From assembly GCA_035221665.1 (NCBI GenBank), contig CM069132.1, positions 107,074,001 through 107,138,000 on the forward strand: a stretch of DNA of 64,000 nt. Direction: 5' to 3'. This document shows positions 12,681 through 25,164 of the stretch, in pieces. This stretch comes from Okamejei kenojei. Taxonomy: Eukaryota. The translations under genes and the position numbers were made by a program. Each line of letters begins with the position of its first letter. Position 1 is the stretch's first letter. Under the pieces are notes generated by a model. It saw only the letters and a program-made list of their open reading frames with translations. It was not told the DNA's origin and searched no databases.

Positions 12681-14520
12681 GGCAAGAGTGACCATAATAT
12701 GATTGAGTTCTTCATTAGAATGGAGAGTGACATAATTAATTCAGAAACAAGGGTTCTGAACTAAAAGAAAGATAACCTTGAGGGTATGAGACGTGAATTG
12801 GCCAAGATAGACTGACAATTGATTCTTAAAGGGTTGACGATGGATAGGCAATGGAAGGCATTTAAAGACTGCATGGATGAACTACAAAAATTGTTCATCC
12901 CAGTTTGGCAAAAGAATAAATCAGGGAAGTTAGCACATCCGTGGATAACAAGGGAAATCTGGGATTAATTAGGAAAGGGAAAATAGATTATGAAAGAAAA
13001 CTGGCAGGGAACATAAAAACAGACTGCAAAACTTTTTATAGGTATGTGAAGAGAAAACGATTAGTTAAAACAAATGTTGGTCCCTTGCAGTCAGAAACAG
13101 GCAAATTGATCATGGGGAACAAGGACATGGCAGACCAATTGAACAACTACTTTGGTTCTGTCTTCACTAAGGAATACATAAACAATCTGCCGGAAATAGC
13201 AGGGGACAGGGGTCAAATGAGATGGAACTGAGTGAAATCCAGGTTAGCCGGGAAGTGGTGTTAGGTAAATTGAGTGGATTAAAGGCCAATAAATCCTCAG
13301 GGCCAGATAGGCTGCATCCCAGAGTACTTAAGGAAGTAGCTCCAGAAATAGCGGATGCATTAGTGATAATTTTTCAAAACTCTTTAGATTCTGGAGTGGT
13401 TCCTGAGGATTGGAGGGTAGTTAATGTAACTCCACTTTTTAAAAAGGGAGGGAGAGAGAAAACGGGGAATTACAGACCAGTTAGTCTAACATCGGTAGTG
13501 GGGAAACTGCTAGAGTTAGTTATTAAAGATGGAATAGCAGCACATTTGGAAAGTGGTGAAATCATTGGACAAAGTCAGCATGGATTTATGAAAGGTAAAT
13601 CATGTCTGACGAATCTTATAGAATTTTTCGAGGATGTAACTAGTAGGGTGGATAAGGGAGAACCAGTGGATGTGTGTTATCTGAACTTTCAGAAGGCTTT
13701 CGACAAGGTCCAACATAAGAGATTAGTATGCAAACTTAAAGCACACAGTATTGGGGGTTCAGTATTGATGCGGATAGAGAACTGGCTGGCAGACAGGAAG
13801 CAAAGAGTAGGAGTAAAAGGGTCATTTTCAGAATGGCAGGCAGTGACTAGTGAGGTACCGCAAGGCTTGGTGCTGGGACCCCAGCTATTTACAATATATA
13901 TTAATGATTTGGACGAGGGAATTGAATGCAACATCTCCGATGACACGAAGCTGGGGGGCAGTGTTAGCTGTGAGGAGGATGCTAGGAGGCTGCAAGTTGA
14001 CTTGGATAGACAGGGTGAGTGGGCAAATGCATGGCAGATGCAGTATAATGTGGATAAATGTGAGGTTATCCACGTTGGTGCCAAAAACAGGAAAGTAGAC
14101 TATTATTTGAATGGTGACCGATTAGGAAAAGGGGAGATGCAACAAGACCTGGGTGTCATGGTACACCAGTCATTGAAAATAGGCATGCAGGTGCAGCAGG
14201 CAGTGAAGAAATCGAATGGTATGTTAGACAGTTTAAGGATGAGGGTGAAGTCTTTTAGGACTGAGATGAGAAAAACATTTTTCACATAGAGAGTGGTGAA
14301 TCTCTGGAATTCTCTGCCACAGAAGGTAGTTGAGGCCAGTTCATTGGCTATATTTAAGAGGGAGTCAGATGTGGCCCTTGTGGCTAAGGGGATCAGGGGG
14401 TATGGAGAGAAGGCAGGTACGGGATACTGAGTTGAATGATCAGCCATGATCATATTGAATGGCGGTGCAGGCTCGAGGGGCCGAATGGCCTATTCCTGCA
14501 CCTATTTTTTATGTTTCTAT
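12681..14520 (+). mobile_element. CR1-clade LINE with internal deletions, near-identical to 9130-11154
   Basis: Starts at the endonuclease-end motif GKSDHNMIEF; RT ORF 13222-14289; same 3' tail; deletions near 12958 and 14228. Confidence 0.95.
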
Positions 14521-15984
14521 TTTTCTAATGAGCTCAGTAGTGGCCCTGACCTACATGGGAATCTGCACTGATTTGAGTAATGTTTCAATGAATAGTAATA
14601 TTTAATAGTAGTAATAAACTGGACGAATTTGAATGCTATATGAGTTCAATGTGAGTACCCAGCTATGTTTTTTCTAGCTTTTGAAAAGAAGGCTATTGTC
14701 ATAAACATGAGTACTCATTACGTTGTGAATTACACAGAGGTGAATTATTTTGGAAATATCAATAGTACCCTTATGGTTACAGTTGTGTTTAAAGGGACGA
14801 GACAATCAATAATGTCAATATATTTATATTACCATTGCAACATTTGGCAGGAATGGTAAGAAAATTAAAAAGTTTTAAACGACCAAATGGCCAGCAGCCC
14901 CTTGGTCATGAATTATGGGAAACGGGCAGTCGGGCCAGCAATGGAACCTAAAGCCTTATGATTGATTCAATTATCTATATTTATTATTATAAATTGTAAA
15001 ACAAAAATAATGTTGCCATTAGACCAACATTTGTGATGTTTTGTATGTGATCTATGTCTGTTAACAATGAATTTGGACAATCAGTTTCAACATGGCATTT
15101 CAAAACTGTTTTTGTTATGGCTTGCAATGAAATCAAAAAGAAAGAGGTAGGTGGAATAGAGAAATGTGAGTTACCAAGGAGACAAGATCATGTTGGGTCA
15201 GAAAACAGAGATTGCAGTTTGCTGCAGGAGCGATGTGAGATCTACTCTCTGGAGGAGCAGTAAAATCAATTAAGTCTAGAATAGATATACTACCTTTTAA
15301 TCTAAACGCAAGATGCATTTGATGTCATGAATTTCCTGATTTTGACCTTGCTTCTTTAAAGTATCTTTTTTTTTTTTACCTTCATGACTTATGACATTCA
15401 TGTTGCTCACTGCCTACTCAATAATCTCTTAAATCACATCCTTGTTTGCAACCTTCTGCTGAGTAGTCATGTTTGTCAGCATTGACAATCTCAAAATATT
15501 CTGGCTTTCCTCCATCCTTCAAAATGTACCTACTACCTACCCTTCAATACAAAAAGCACATCTTTGGCCATTGTTCCCCAAGTACTTTGCTTTGGTTTCA
15601 TATTTTAGGCTGTGGAACTTTTTGCTGAAGCATACATTTCAACCATTAGCCTACCTTTTTTTCTTTAGAGATGCTAAATGCCAACATATATTTAAAGTAG
15701 TCTCTGATTTTGTTTTGAAGGAGACATTGATTGTGATCCAACTTTGATCTTCTAATCCAGTTCTCCATCAGAGCACTGAGTTTGTCTGTTCAAAATAAAA
15801 ATCCTTTGCGTCTGCAGTCTTTCTTTGATCAATGCCCTATACATAAATGCTTTGCTATAAAGTTTCATCTGTTGTAGCAAATCATCTGTGCAGAATCAAA
15901 TTTTACTTTCAATCATTCTTTGCGATTCTTTAAATTTATGTTTTGTGTTCAGTGTTGTTGTAAAAACAAATATTACATGTATAG

Positions 15985-16192
15985 AAGTTGGGAGGTCATG
16001 TTGCAGTTATATTGGACTGCATTTAGTGAGGCCGCATTTGGAGTATCTTGTTCAGTTCTGGGCACCATGTTATAGGAATTATATTGTCGAGCTGGAAAAG
16101 ATGCAGAGAAGATTTATGAGGATGTTACCAGGACTCGAGGGCCTGGGTAATAGGGAGAAGTTGAGCAGGCTAGACTCTAGTCCCTGGAGCAC
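15985..16192 (+). mobile_element. CR1 LINE fragment
   Basis: LVRPHLEYLVQFWAPCYR...QRRFMRMLPGLEGL. Confidence 0.8.
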
Positions 16193-16197
16193 AGGTG

Positions 16198-16328
16198 GAA
16201 CCCTTCTTCAGGTTTCGACCCGAAACTTTGCCTATTTCCTTCGTTCCATAGATGCTGCCTCACCTGCTAAGTTTCTCCAGCATTTTTGTCTACCTTCAAT
16301 TTTCCAGCAGCTGCAGTTCCTTCTGAAA
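16198..16328 (+). mobile_element. Rearranged PLE-LTR fragment
   Basis: cccttcttcag / tttcgacccgaaac ... gatgctgcctcacctgctaagtttctccagc ... ctgcagttccttc. Confidence 0.6.
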
Positions 16329-16404
16329 GACAAGAAACCAGCTAATGTGTGTTCAGCTTAGTCTGAAACAATATAATATTCTGGGAATCTATTTTGGTGG
16401 CACT

Positions 16405-16490
16405 GATTAAGAGGTAAACATGGGCCAGGACATTGTACAAAACTAAACCAGCTCTTCAGAATATTGCCATGGGACCTTTGGCAACCAAGG
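16405..16490 (+). repeat. Possible degenerate Deu-domain SINE remnant (AmnSINE1/SacSINE1-like)
   Basis: ggccaggaca...gctcttcagaatattgccatgggaccttt resembles the Deu-domain core as recalled. Confidence 0.4.
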
Positions 16491-18619
16491 CTTTTGTGTT
16501 CAAGTTTTTGGAATGAGACATGAATGACAATGCTCCTCTTCAGCTGGGTGAGGTTGCAACTGAATAGCCTGTTGTTGGAAACAATTCCTCATCCGACCCC
16601 ACTTTCAACCCCAGCTTCACTGCTGGGTGAGAATTTGTTTCTGAATAAGCAGACATGTGGCTACAAGATGCAACGATCTCTATGGTTAAATTTGTTCGCA
16701 AACTAGTAAGCTAAATGATTTACAGACTTGTGCTATTACTGAATTGTAACTCATTATTGGGACTATTATTAGCTGAGATGGTAAGTGATTTGGCTGCCTT
16801 AATTGCCAAACATTCCAACTACATGTGGCATGATATGTTTGAACCGCATTTAAAGTCTGTCTTGAGAACGCTTTGTACTGTGTTTACTTCCAATTCATAC
16901 AATTTTGAAGTACAGATTCCATTGAGTAGATGCAATAGGTGATGGCATAGAGAGCAATGATTTAATATTATAAACAAAATTGTTGATTAGTGAAGATGCC
17001 CTCTGGTAAGATCACAGCATACTGTGAGAGATGTTTTAGTTCAAACATGTTTTCTTACAGAACTTGTAAAAGGCAACTGAGTAACTAACTTGCACACATT
17101 AAAAAAACCCATTTGAATCTGGTTAGGTTATTGGTGAAATCACCCTGGTGCTCAATGCCCAGTGGCTTATTGGGAAAGAAAAAAAGACAAGTAGATTATA
17201 GAATATAGAATAAATAAATAGAGAATACAGAATTGATCATAACATGGATAAAATCAATAATTAACATGCCATTTCCAAGCTAATCTTACCTGTTTACTTG
17301 TCGGCTGCCTTTCACAGCTTTTTATTTCAATTACCATTTTTATGGTCAGTGCTGGAAAAGTTATCTCTCAATATAAAATGAAATTACAATTAAAATATAT
17401 GATGCTAAGTGTGATATATGGGAATACCATTTTAGTGGTCATATATTAATGGTTCAATGTACCAAGGTTGAGTGAAGTTTGCTTTTGTATGCAGTTCAGT
17501 ACGTATCACTAGACATGAGCACTTAGATACATCGTAGATAAGCATCTTAGAGACAGTGCAAGTGTATAGTAGTACAGAGACAGTATACAGATTCGCCAGA
17601 TTTGGCACTATTTTCAAGTCCCTGTTGTAAATGCAGGGTTCTTGACCTGACCATGAAGTCCCGTTGTCCTGGCGGCATTGCTGGTTCGGTCTGGTGAATC
17701 GTACCTGTGGTGTCCTCTGCCGCTGTTCCACTGCCGTAGGACGCATCCATCTACGTGCTCGGCCTCTTGGTGCCAGTTGCAGGGCCTCCAGCAGCCCACT
17801 TCTCCATCGAGGCAGCACACTCCCTCCCACAGCCGATCTCCTCACCGGCCCTCAATCCGACTTTCCTCTCTGGGCGGCCGAGCTGGACCTTAAAGTAGGT
17901 TCCCGGTCCAAGAGGGAACAATATTATAACAATAAGCAAAATGTTTGCATGTTGTTATCGTCTTGCATTTAATACTGCTGTTAGTATATTACAATGTTGC
18001 ACTGTGATGCATTGGAGCATTGTTCCGAATTTGATTTTGAGATCTTAAGACAGTTATATAAGGCAGAAGACAATTTTATTTTTAAGGAACAGATTTTTAA
18101 AATATGCTATTGTCATATTTGAGCTGTTGTAGAAATGGGAGATGGTGTTACCCAATGAACACAAGAGATTGGTGAACAAGACTCAACACGAGACAGATAT
18201 GGACAGAAGAACGTTTTGTTCCTATAAATGCTAACATTTATTGCCCATGTTTGAGAACAGGGCAGTGATCTGCTAATTGGAACATCTGGAGTTTTTGCTT
18301 TATAGGTAAATCTGCATTACTGTTAGGGGATTCCAATATTTTGAACCAGTGACAATGATGTAATGGTGATATTTTTAACAGTCTGTGTTACTACTACAGC
18401 AAATTTATAGGTGGGTGGCTTGATGTTCTTAATGTCCTGTTTTCTACATTACTTTTTCCTCTTCTATATAGTTTTTCTCCCCTTAAATGTATTCTATTTG
18501 TAACATTTTCAAACTTACAAAATGAATTATATTTGCATACAAGATTTATATTGTATTAATATGGCTTTAGTTTTTCTTTGACAAGTATACCATAAGCGAT
18601 AAATCGATACATCGATCTT

Positions 18620-20010
18620 AAGATGGCGCCTGCCTGCGGCAACTTTTACGGAGCACCATAACCTAGAAGGCTTAAATACAATTTCAATCAACTCACCTGG
18701 ATCAGGAAAACGGCAGAAAACGGTGCCGTTTCAGACAAGCTGCTTGAGCTCCTCAAGGCTCTCGCAATTTCATGATCTCACGCAGCTGCGGGAGCCCCGG
18801 ACATTAAACTTTCCCACGCTCGCTGGAAATCACCCGACCCGACTGAGGAACCCAGGTACTGTACCTCGGAACCCCGGGATGACCTCCAGAGCCGATGGGC
18901 TGGATCTCCCAGGAACAATGAAGCTGGAGCTGCAGCTGCCAACTTTGAAGGAGCTGGAGCTGCCGTCTGGGCACCACACAGTTGTTCGTATTAGTGGAAA
19001 TGTGTCAGATTCAATAACAATCAGCACGGGAGCACCTCAAGGCTGCGTGCTCAGCCCCCTGCTGTACTCACTCTACACTCATGACTGCGTAGCCGGTCAT
19101 AGTGCGAACTCCATCATTAAGTTCGCTGACGACACCACTGTTGTGGGACGTATCACTGATGGGGATGAGTCGGAGTACAGAAGAGAGATCGAGCAACTGT
19201 CCATATGGTGCCAGCACAATAACCTGGCCCTCAACACCAGCAAAACCAAGGAACTGATCGTGGACTTTGGAAGGAGTAGGATGGGGACCCACAGTCCCGT
19301 TTATATCAACGGGTCGATGGTTGAAAGAGTCAAGAGCTTCAAATTCCTGGGCGTGCACATCTCTGAAGATCTTTCGTGGTCCGAGACCACTGATGCAATT
19401 ACCAAGAAAGCACATCAGTGCCTCTACTTCCTGAGAAGATTACGGAGAGTCGGTTTGTCAAGGAGGACTCTCTCTAACTTGCACAGTAGTGAGCTTGCTG
19501 ACTGGTTGCATCGTGGCTTAGTTCGGCAACTTGAGCACCCTGGAGAGGAAAAGACTACAAAAAGTAGTAAGCACTGCCCAGTCCATCATCGGCTCTGACC
19601 TTCCTTCCATCGAGGGGATTTATCACAGTCACTGCCTCAAAAAGGCTGGCAGTATCATCAAGGACCCACACCATCCTGGCCACACACTCATCTCCTTTCT
19701 AGCTTCAGGTAGAAGATACAGGAGCCTGAAGACTGCAATGACCAGGTTCAGGAATAGCTACTTCCCCACAGCCATCAGGCTATTAAACCTGGCTCAGACA
19801 AAACTCTGAACATTAATAATCCATTATCTGTTATTTGCACTTTATCAGTATTTATTCATGTGTGTATATATTTTTATAATGGTATATGGACACACTGATC
19901 TGTTTTGTAGTCAATGCCTACTATGTTCTGTTGTGCTGAAGCAAAGCAAGAATTTCATTGTCCTATCAGGGACATATGACAATAAACTCACCTGAACACT
20001 TGAACTTGAA
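18620..20010 (+). mobile_element. Rex1/Babar-like LINE with GC-rich leader and internal deletion
   Basis: TGAPQGCVLSPLLYSLYTHDC, IIKFADDTTVVG, KAHQCLYFLRRL, RFRNSYFPTAIRLLN; aataaa then cttgaacttgaa tail. Confidence 0.9.
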
Positions 20011-20084
20011 ATCTGTGAGGGCCTAAACTTTGGATGTTGCATTCACAGACTTTGGCTGTGGATATTTAAAATGATGGTTGGTCT

Positions 20085-20543
20085 GCTTCTGCTCTGCCTT
20101 GTGCTGGGGTGGCAGGACAAAGGACGCGGACGGCAACAGAATCAACAAGCTCATCAGGAAGGCTGGCTCCGTCCTGCGAGTGGAGTTAGATTAATTGGAC
20201 GTGGCCTTGGAGGGGAGGATGCTCTTCAAGCTGCAGAGTACAGCTCACCCCTCCCATGACCCACCAGTCAACCTAAGGAGCACCTTCAGCAACAGACTGG
20301 TTCCACCAAGATGCAGCGCAGAACGCCACAGAAGATCAATTTTCCCTATGGCTATCAAACTGTACAACTACTCCGCCTTCTGTCATGGGGTAGACTGACT
20401 TCCCTTCGTCCCCAATCTTTGCATCCACAATCTTGGACTTTCCACTCGTCACTTAATTTCATGTTTCATGTATCTTGTTGTGTTTTATGCCTGTTTGCAG
20501 ATCAATTTCCCTCCCGGGATAAATAAAGTTCTATCGTATCGTA
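20085..20543 (+). mobile_element. Rex1-like LINE 3' fragment
   Basis: RLVPPRCSAERHRRSIFPMAIKLYN; aataaagttctatcgtatcgta tail. Confidence 0.75.
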
Positions 20544-21069
20544 AATGGCTACTTTAGTCCTGAATATTCACTTGAACATGTAAAGGTTTTGTGAGTCCAT
20601 AACATGCAAACATTCATGATTATATTTTTCAAATAGATCAATTCAACAAAATGAGCTCCTGGATCAGATTTTATATATTGTTTGTTAAGCAAAATTATGC
20701 AAAGCGTCAAAACAATGCATTTAGAAACCGATCCCATTACTTACTCCCTCTTCATAACTAAATGACAAATGGTGAAGTGAACAGATAAATGTGTGTTGCA
20801 TTAAATGCACAAATGCTCTCAACTAAGTGTAAATAATGAAATAGCATCTCAGGAGTCGCAGTCAAAGAGTAGGCTGTTCTCCTGGTGTACAGGCTTACAT
20901 TTAGCCTTCAGCTGGTACCACTAAAATTGATTGAGTAGCTATTTATATTTATCGTGTTTGTGGAACCTTGCTAAGGTGCAAGTTGACCACTGTTTCTTGG
21001 CATTCTAAAAATCATAACATTTCAAGATCATTTCACTAACTGTGAAGTGCCATGAAATGTCTTGAGATT

Positions 21070-21345
21070 TACTTTAGCAATACAGCACCTGGTGCACACC
21101 ATCCAGCAATCACCCATACACTAGTCCTATCCTACATATTAGGGACAATTTACAGAAGCCAGTTAACCTGCAAACCTGCATGTCCTTTGGACATGGGAGG
21201 AAACCTGAACACCTGGAGAAAGCCCACGTGGTCATAGGGAGTCCATTCAAACTCCGTACAGACTGCAATGCCTCCTGTAGTCAGGATTGAACCTGGGTCT
21301 CTAGCACAGTAAGGCAGCAGCTCTTCCACTGCACCACTTTGCCAC
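21070..21345 (-). mobile_element. tRNA-derived V-SINE (HE1-like)
   Basis: Reverse complement of the 55128 copy, with B-box GGTTCAATCC and V-domain GGTTTCCTCCCA. Confidence 0.75.
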
Positions 21346-21397
21346 TCAATGCACCATAGTGCAGTACATGAAATGTACAGCAAAATTGCAAGCTTTA

Positions 21398-22061
21398 AGC
21401 CCAGTCCCACTTATCTGTCCTTGGCACGCTAATTACATGACCCCGTGGTTGCATTGAGGCGTGACGGTCCCGTGAAGGTCGTCTGGAGTGCATGATCTCA
21501 TTTGAAGATGGACACAAAGTTGGAGTAATTCAGTGGGACCGTCAGCATCTCTGGAGAGAAGCAATGGGTGACGTTTCGTGTCGAGACTCTTCTTCGGTCT
21601 GAAAGAAGGGTCTTGACCCAAAACGTCACCCATTGCTTCTCTCCAGAGATGCTGCCGGTCCCGCTGAGTTACTCCTGCATTTTGTGTCTACCTTCAATTT
21701 TCTTGGCCCCGCTCTGGGAGTAGAAGTGGGGGCGGATCCGGACCGCAACGGCCGTGGGCCCCAGGCCGAGTTTGGCGATTGTTTGCCTGCTTCTGCTGCT
21801 GTTGGAGGTGAGATGTTGCATCGCGCCAGGGTCTTGGGTCTGTCCCACTTTGGCCGTCAGTTACGCGACAGGCCGTTGGCGCGCGAAGATTTCGTTCGCT
21901 ACAAAAATTTCAGAGCCCTGCGCGATGTCGCGCACAACTACATACCCCTCCGCTCTTCTCAGTGGGACCAGCCCCGTGCGGCCATACGATGCCCGTGCGC
22001 CTCAACGTGACGACGAGGTCGCGTAATTTGCATGCCAAGGACACCTAAGTGGGGCAGGCCC
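21398..22061. mobile_element. PIF/Harbinger-like MITE containing an inserted palindromic PLE-LTR cassette
   Basis: Imperfect TIRs gcccagtcccacttatctgtccttggcacgctaattac / gtaatttgcatgccaaggacacctaagtggggcaggccc. Confidence 0.7.
21502..21697. mobile_element. Palindromic PLE-LTR cassette with two back-to-back degenerate hammerhead cores
   Basis: Near-perfect inverted arms (cagcatctctggagagaagcaatgggtgacgttt / aaacgtcacccattgcttctctccagagatgctg). Confidence 0.8.
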
Positions 22062-23638
22062 TTTAATCTTTGCAAATCCAAAAGTTCCACCTCTGTTTGA
22101 ACTCTAGCTATTCATCATTGTATTTTATGACAGATCTGTTTAAAATTCCAGAATGTGTGTATAGAGCTACAATTTTGCAGGATAGAGGAATACTTGTTTT
22201 AACTTGTACTCAAACATACTTCAGATTCATACTAGTACTTGATTTAGCTTCGTGGACAACTTCATATTCCCTTGACAAGAAGGTTTGCTGACTACATCCA
22301 AATATTTGCCTTCTATTTTTAATAAAAGTGTGGCTAATGGTATTTGGCTATACCCACCTCCACCAGCTTTCTGTATTCCTTTCTGTAGTTCTTGACGGCA
22401 ATAGTAAAATCAATCAGGTCTATGCTCTTCACTGATGCCCGCTATCACTTGAGTGTCAGCGATTGAAGATATGTGACTTGTAATACACTTCAGAGCCTTT
22501 CAACATGATCTTGCAAAGAATGAACTGTTTCCCATATCATGGAAGCCTCTGCTCAGCAAGACATTTATGATTTAAAAACTCCATTGCCTTCAGTACATCA
22601 GAATATCCTTTGGTTGTCTGAAATGGAGTGTTTTTAACATCAAGATCTTGAAAAATATAACTTGTGGTCTACTGGAAAGCAGTGGTCTGTACCTTTGTAG
22701 ACGCTTAGCATTTATCAATTACCACAGTTCGCAGCTCAAAGTATTGGTGAACTATCAAAATTCTACCTCGATAAATTCCTCCAAATTCAAGCCGACTTAC
22801 CCAGTGTTGGGGCCCTGATTACATTCACTCAGCTCTAATGGGCAGACCACACGTTTCTTGTCCGACACTGGAATTCTAAAGCAGGCACTCGATTCTGAGC
22901 CGAGTCATCAGAAGAAATTTCCATTTAGAATAAATAATTCAAATCCTTCTTAGATAATGCTAACATCATCACTGATTTGTGGAATCACTGGTCCATGACC
23001 ACACAAGCTGGAGTAGTACTTGGGGTGACACTGCAAACCTTGTCCATTTCTTTGGAGATCACAGAGCCCCAGTGCAAATGGTCGAAGGAGTATATCATCT
23101 CCCAAATAACCCAGCCACCATCAAGGACCTCAGGCTTCTACATGGAAATGTCTTCGATTGACTTCACCCACCTAAAAAAAAACAGGGAGCTGGACTGGAA
23201 GCGTCATCCTCAACCATGAGGGGCCACCTATCAAGAGTAAGGGAGGAAAACACGGCTGTCTGTGGAACAGATTTTGGTATTGAAGAATAATAGTTTTGGC
23301 TTCCCTGGATTTAATTTGAAAAACTACTCAACTGCGCTGGCTTTTGGAAAAGTGATTAGATGGTTCAGAGGCCGAAGGATTCATGTTTTTTTCTCAAGAT
23401 ACACGTGTAATGCAATGAGTTTGAAGAAAGGTCTCAACCCAAAATGTCATCCATGTCCTCTCTCCAGAGATGCTGCCAGTCCCATTGAGTAACTCCAGAA
23501 TTTTGTGTCTATCCTCTGTGTAACGTGATGAGTTTTGTTATTCTTATAAGTACTCCATAAGTAGGTCATTTGTAGAAACACTTTTGAGATTGCCTATAGT
23601 AACTGTCTGCTGGACAGCATAAATAAGATATGATTTAT

Positions 23639-23957
23639 GACTTTGGAAAGAGAGCAGGAAATGGATTCTGAATGAGCAGGAAATTAGCAGAAATGACCAA
23701 AACATAAGAAATAAGAGCAGAGGATAGCCAAGCATCCCCTAGCATCTGCTCTGGCATTCATGGTGGATCTGATCTTGGCCTCTGGTTCACTTGCCTACAT
23801 AGGTCCTGAAATTCTTAACTTTCCAGTAAACCAAAATCTGCCCTCCTTGGCCTTGAATACAGTCAATGACTGGCTATGTGGGGCTCCAGGATTGATAATT
23901 TGAAATGTGCACATCACACTGCAATTTCATCTCAACATCCAAAATTTTGTCGACATT
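23639..23957 (+). repeat. Source copy of a 319-bp local duplication (second copy 24187-24505)
   Basis: Near-identical direct repeat gactttggaaagagagcag...gtcgacatt. Confidence 0.95.
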
Positions 23958-24101
23958 TAGAAAATGAATTTCACAGTGTTACACCAAGCCCAGTAAAGGC
24001 ATGAACATCAATAATGCTGCAAAGAGAATACATGATACACAAGTGATTATAAAGGAGTAAGAAGTTGGATTTGGAGACAAAATGAATGAGGATATTTATT
24101 A

Positions 24102-24532
24102 TGTTGTTAAAGAAGGAACTGCAGATGCTGGAGAATCGAGGGTACACAAAAGGCTGGAGAAACTCAGCGGGTGCAGCAGCATCTAAGACTTTGGAAAGAG
24201 AGCAGAAAATGGATTCTGAATGAGCAGGAAATTAGCAGAAATGACCAAAATATAAGAAATAAGAGCAGAGGATAGCCAAGCATCCCCTAGCATCTGCTCT
24301 GGCATTCATGGTGGATCTCATCTTGGCCTCTGGTTCACTTGCCTACATTGGTCCTGAAATTCTTAACTTTCCAGTAAACCAAAATCTGCCCTCCTTGGCC
24401 TTGAATACAGTCAATGACTGGCTATGTGGGGCTCCAGGATTGATAATTTGAAATGTGCACATCACACTGCAATTTCATCTCAACATCCAAAATTTTGTCG
24501 ACATTATGAGTTTCTCCAGCCTTTTGTGTACC
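24102..24532 (-). mobile_element. PLE insertion carrying duplicated flanking DNA
   Basis: 14-bp TSD gaggatatttatta (24088-24101 and 24533-24546); PLE 3' end 24108-24185; duplicated segment 24187-24505; inverted PLE piece 24507-24532. Confidence 0.85.
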
Positions 24533-24577
24533 GAGGATATTTATTAGATTTGAGCAATTGGATGACTGAGAGTTTGT

Positions 24578-24768
24578 AAGAAAGAACTGCAGATGTTGGT
24601 TTAAATTGAAGGTAGACACAAAATGCTGGAGTCACTCAGCGGGATAGGCAGCTTGTCTGGAGAGAAGGGTCTCGACTCGTCTGAAGAAGTGTCACGACCC
24701 AAAACATCGCCCATTCCTTCTCTCCAGAGATGCTGCCTGTCCCGCTGAGATACTCCAACATTTTGTGA
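24578..24768. mobile_element. Palindromic PLE-LTR cassette
   Basis: Inverted arms around ctgaagaagtgtcacgacccaaaac; tgactgagagtttgt repeated on both flanks. Confidence 0.7.
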
Positions 24769-24859
24769 CTGAGAGTTTGTTGATTTGGCAGAAACTGTAA
24801 TAATGGTACCAACGACTTGGTGTAGGATTAGCAGCAGATTTCTCTACACGTTTGATTAG

Positions 24860-25164
24860 ACGTCTACCCTCGATTACCTACGACTAACATGCCGACCTAC
24901 TACGACCTGCTACGACTAAACCTACGAGTAAAAAAAGTATCGTTTTTTTCCATGGTGACCTTTTTTTGCTTGCGGGTATTTTTTTAACATATTTTCAAAA
25001 ACGCCCGCGACCTAGCTGAGGCCTCGAGTACACGGAGACCACTCTCGAGCATGAAGGAGAGTTACGAAGACCTCCTACGACCTCGTGTCGACCATACTGC
25101 GAGTATGAGTCGAGGGCAAACTCGCCAGAACTCGCAGATTAGGTCGCCCAAGTGGCACATGCCC
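24860..25164. mobile_element. Truncated PIF/Harbinger-like MITE (right half)
   Basis: Homologous to about 54575-54855 (ctacgac repeats, gacctagctgaggcc); degenerate TIR aagtggcacatgccc. Confidence 0.7.

Noticed and set aside
13222-14289. 355-aa RT ORF as an active or domesticated gene
   Set aside because: The RT motif lacks residues before DD (CNISDDTK), the C-terminus is deleted, and it is 5'-truncated: an ordinary dead CR1 copy
22420-23230. Possible very old RTE-like LINE remnants (also about 32030-32320 and 56640-56990)
   Set aside because: Too degenerate to assign a family or boundaries by eye
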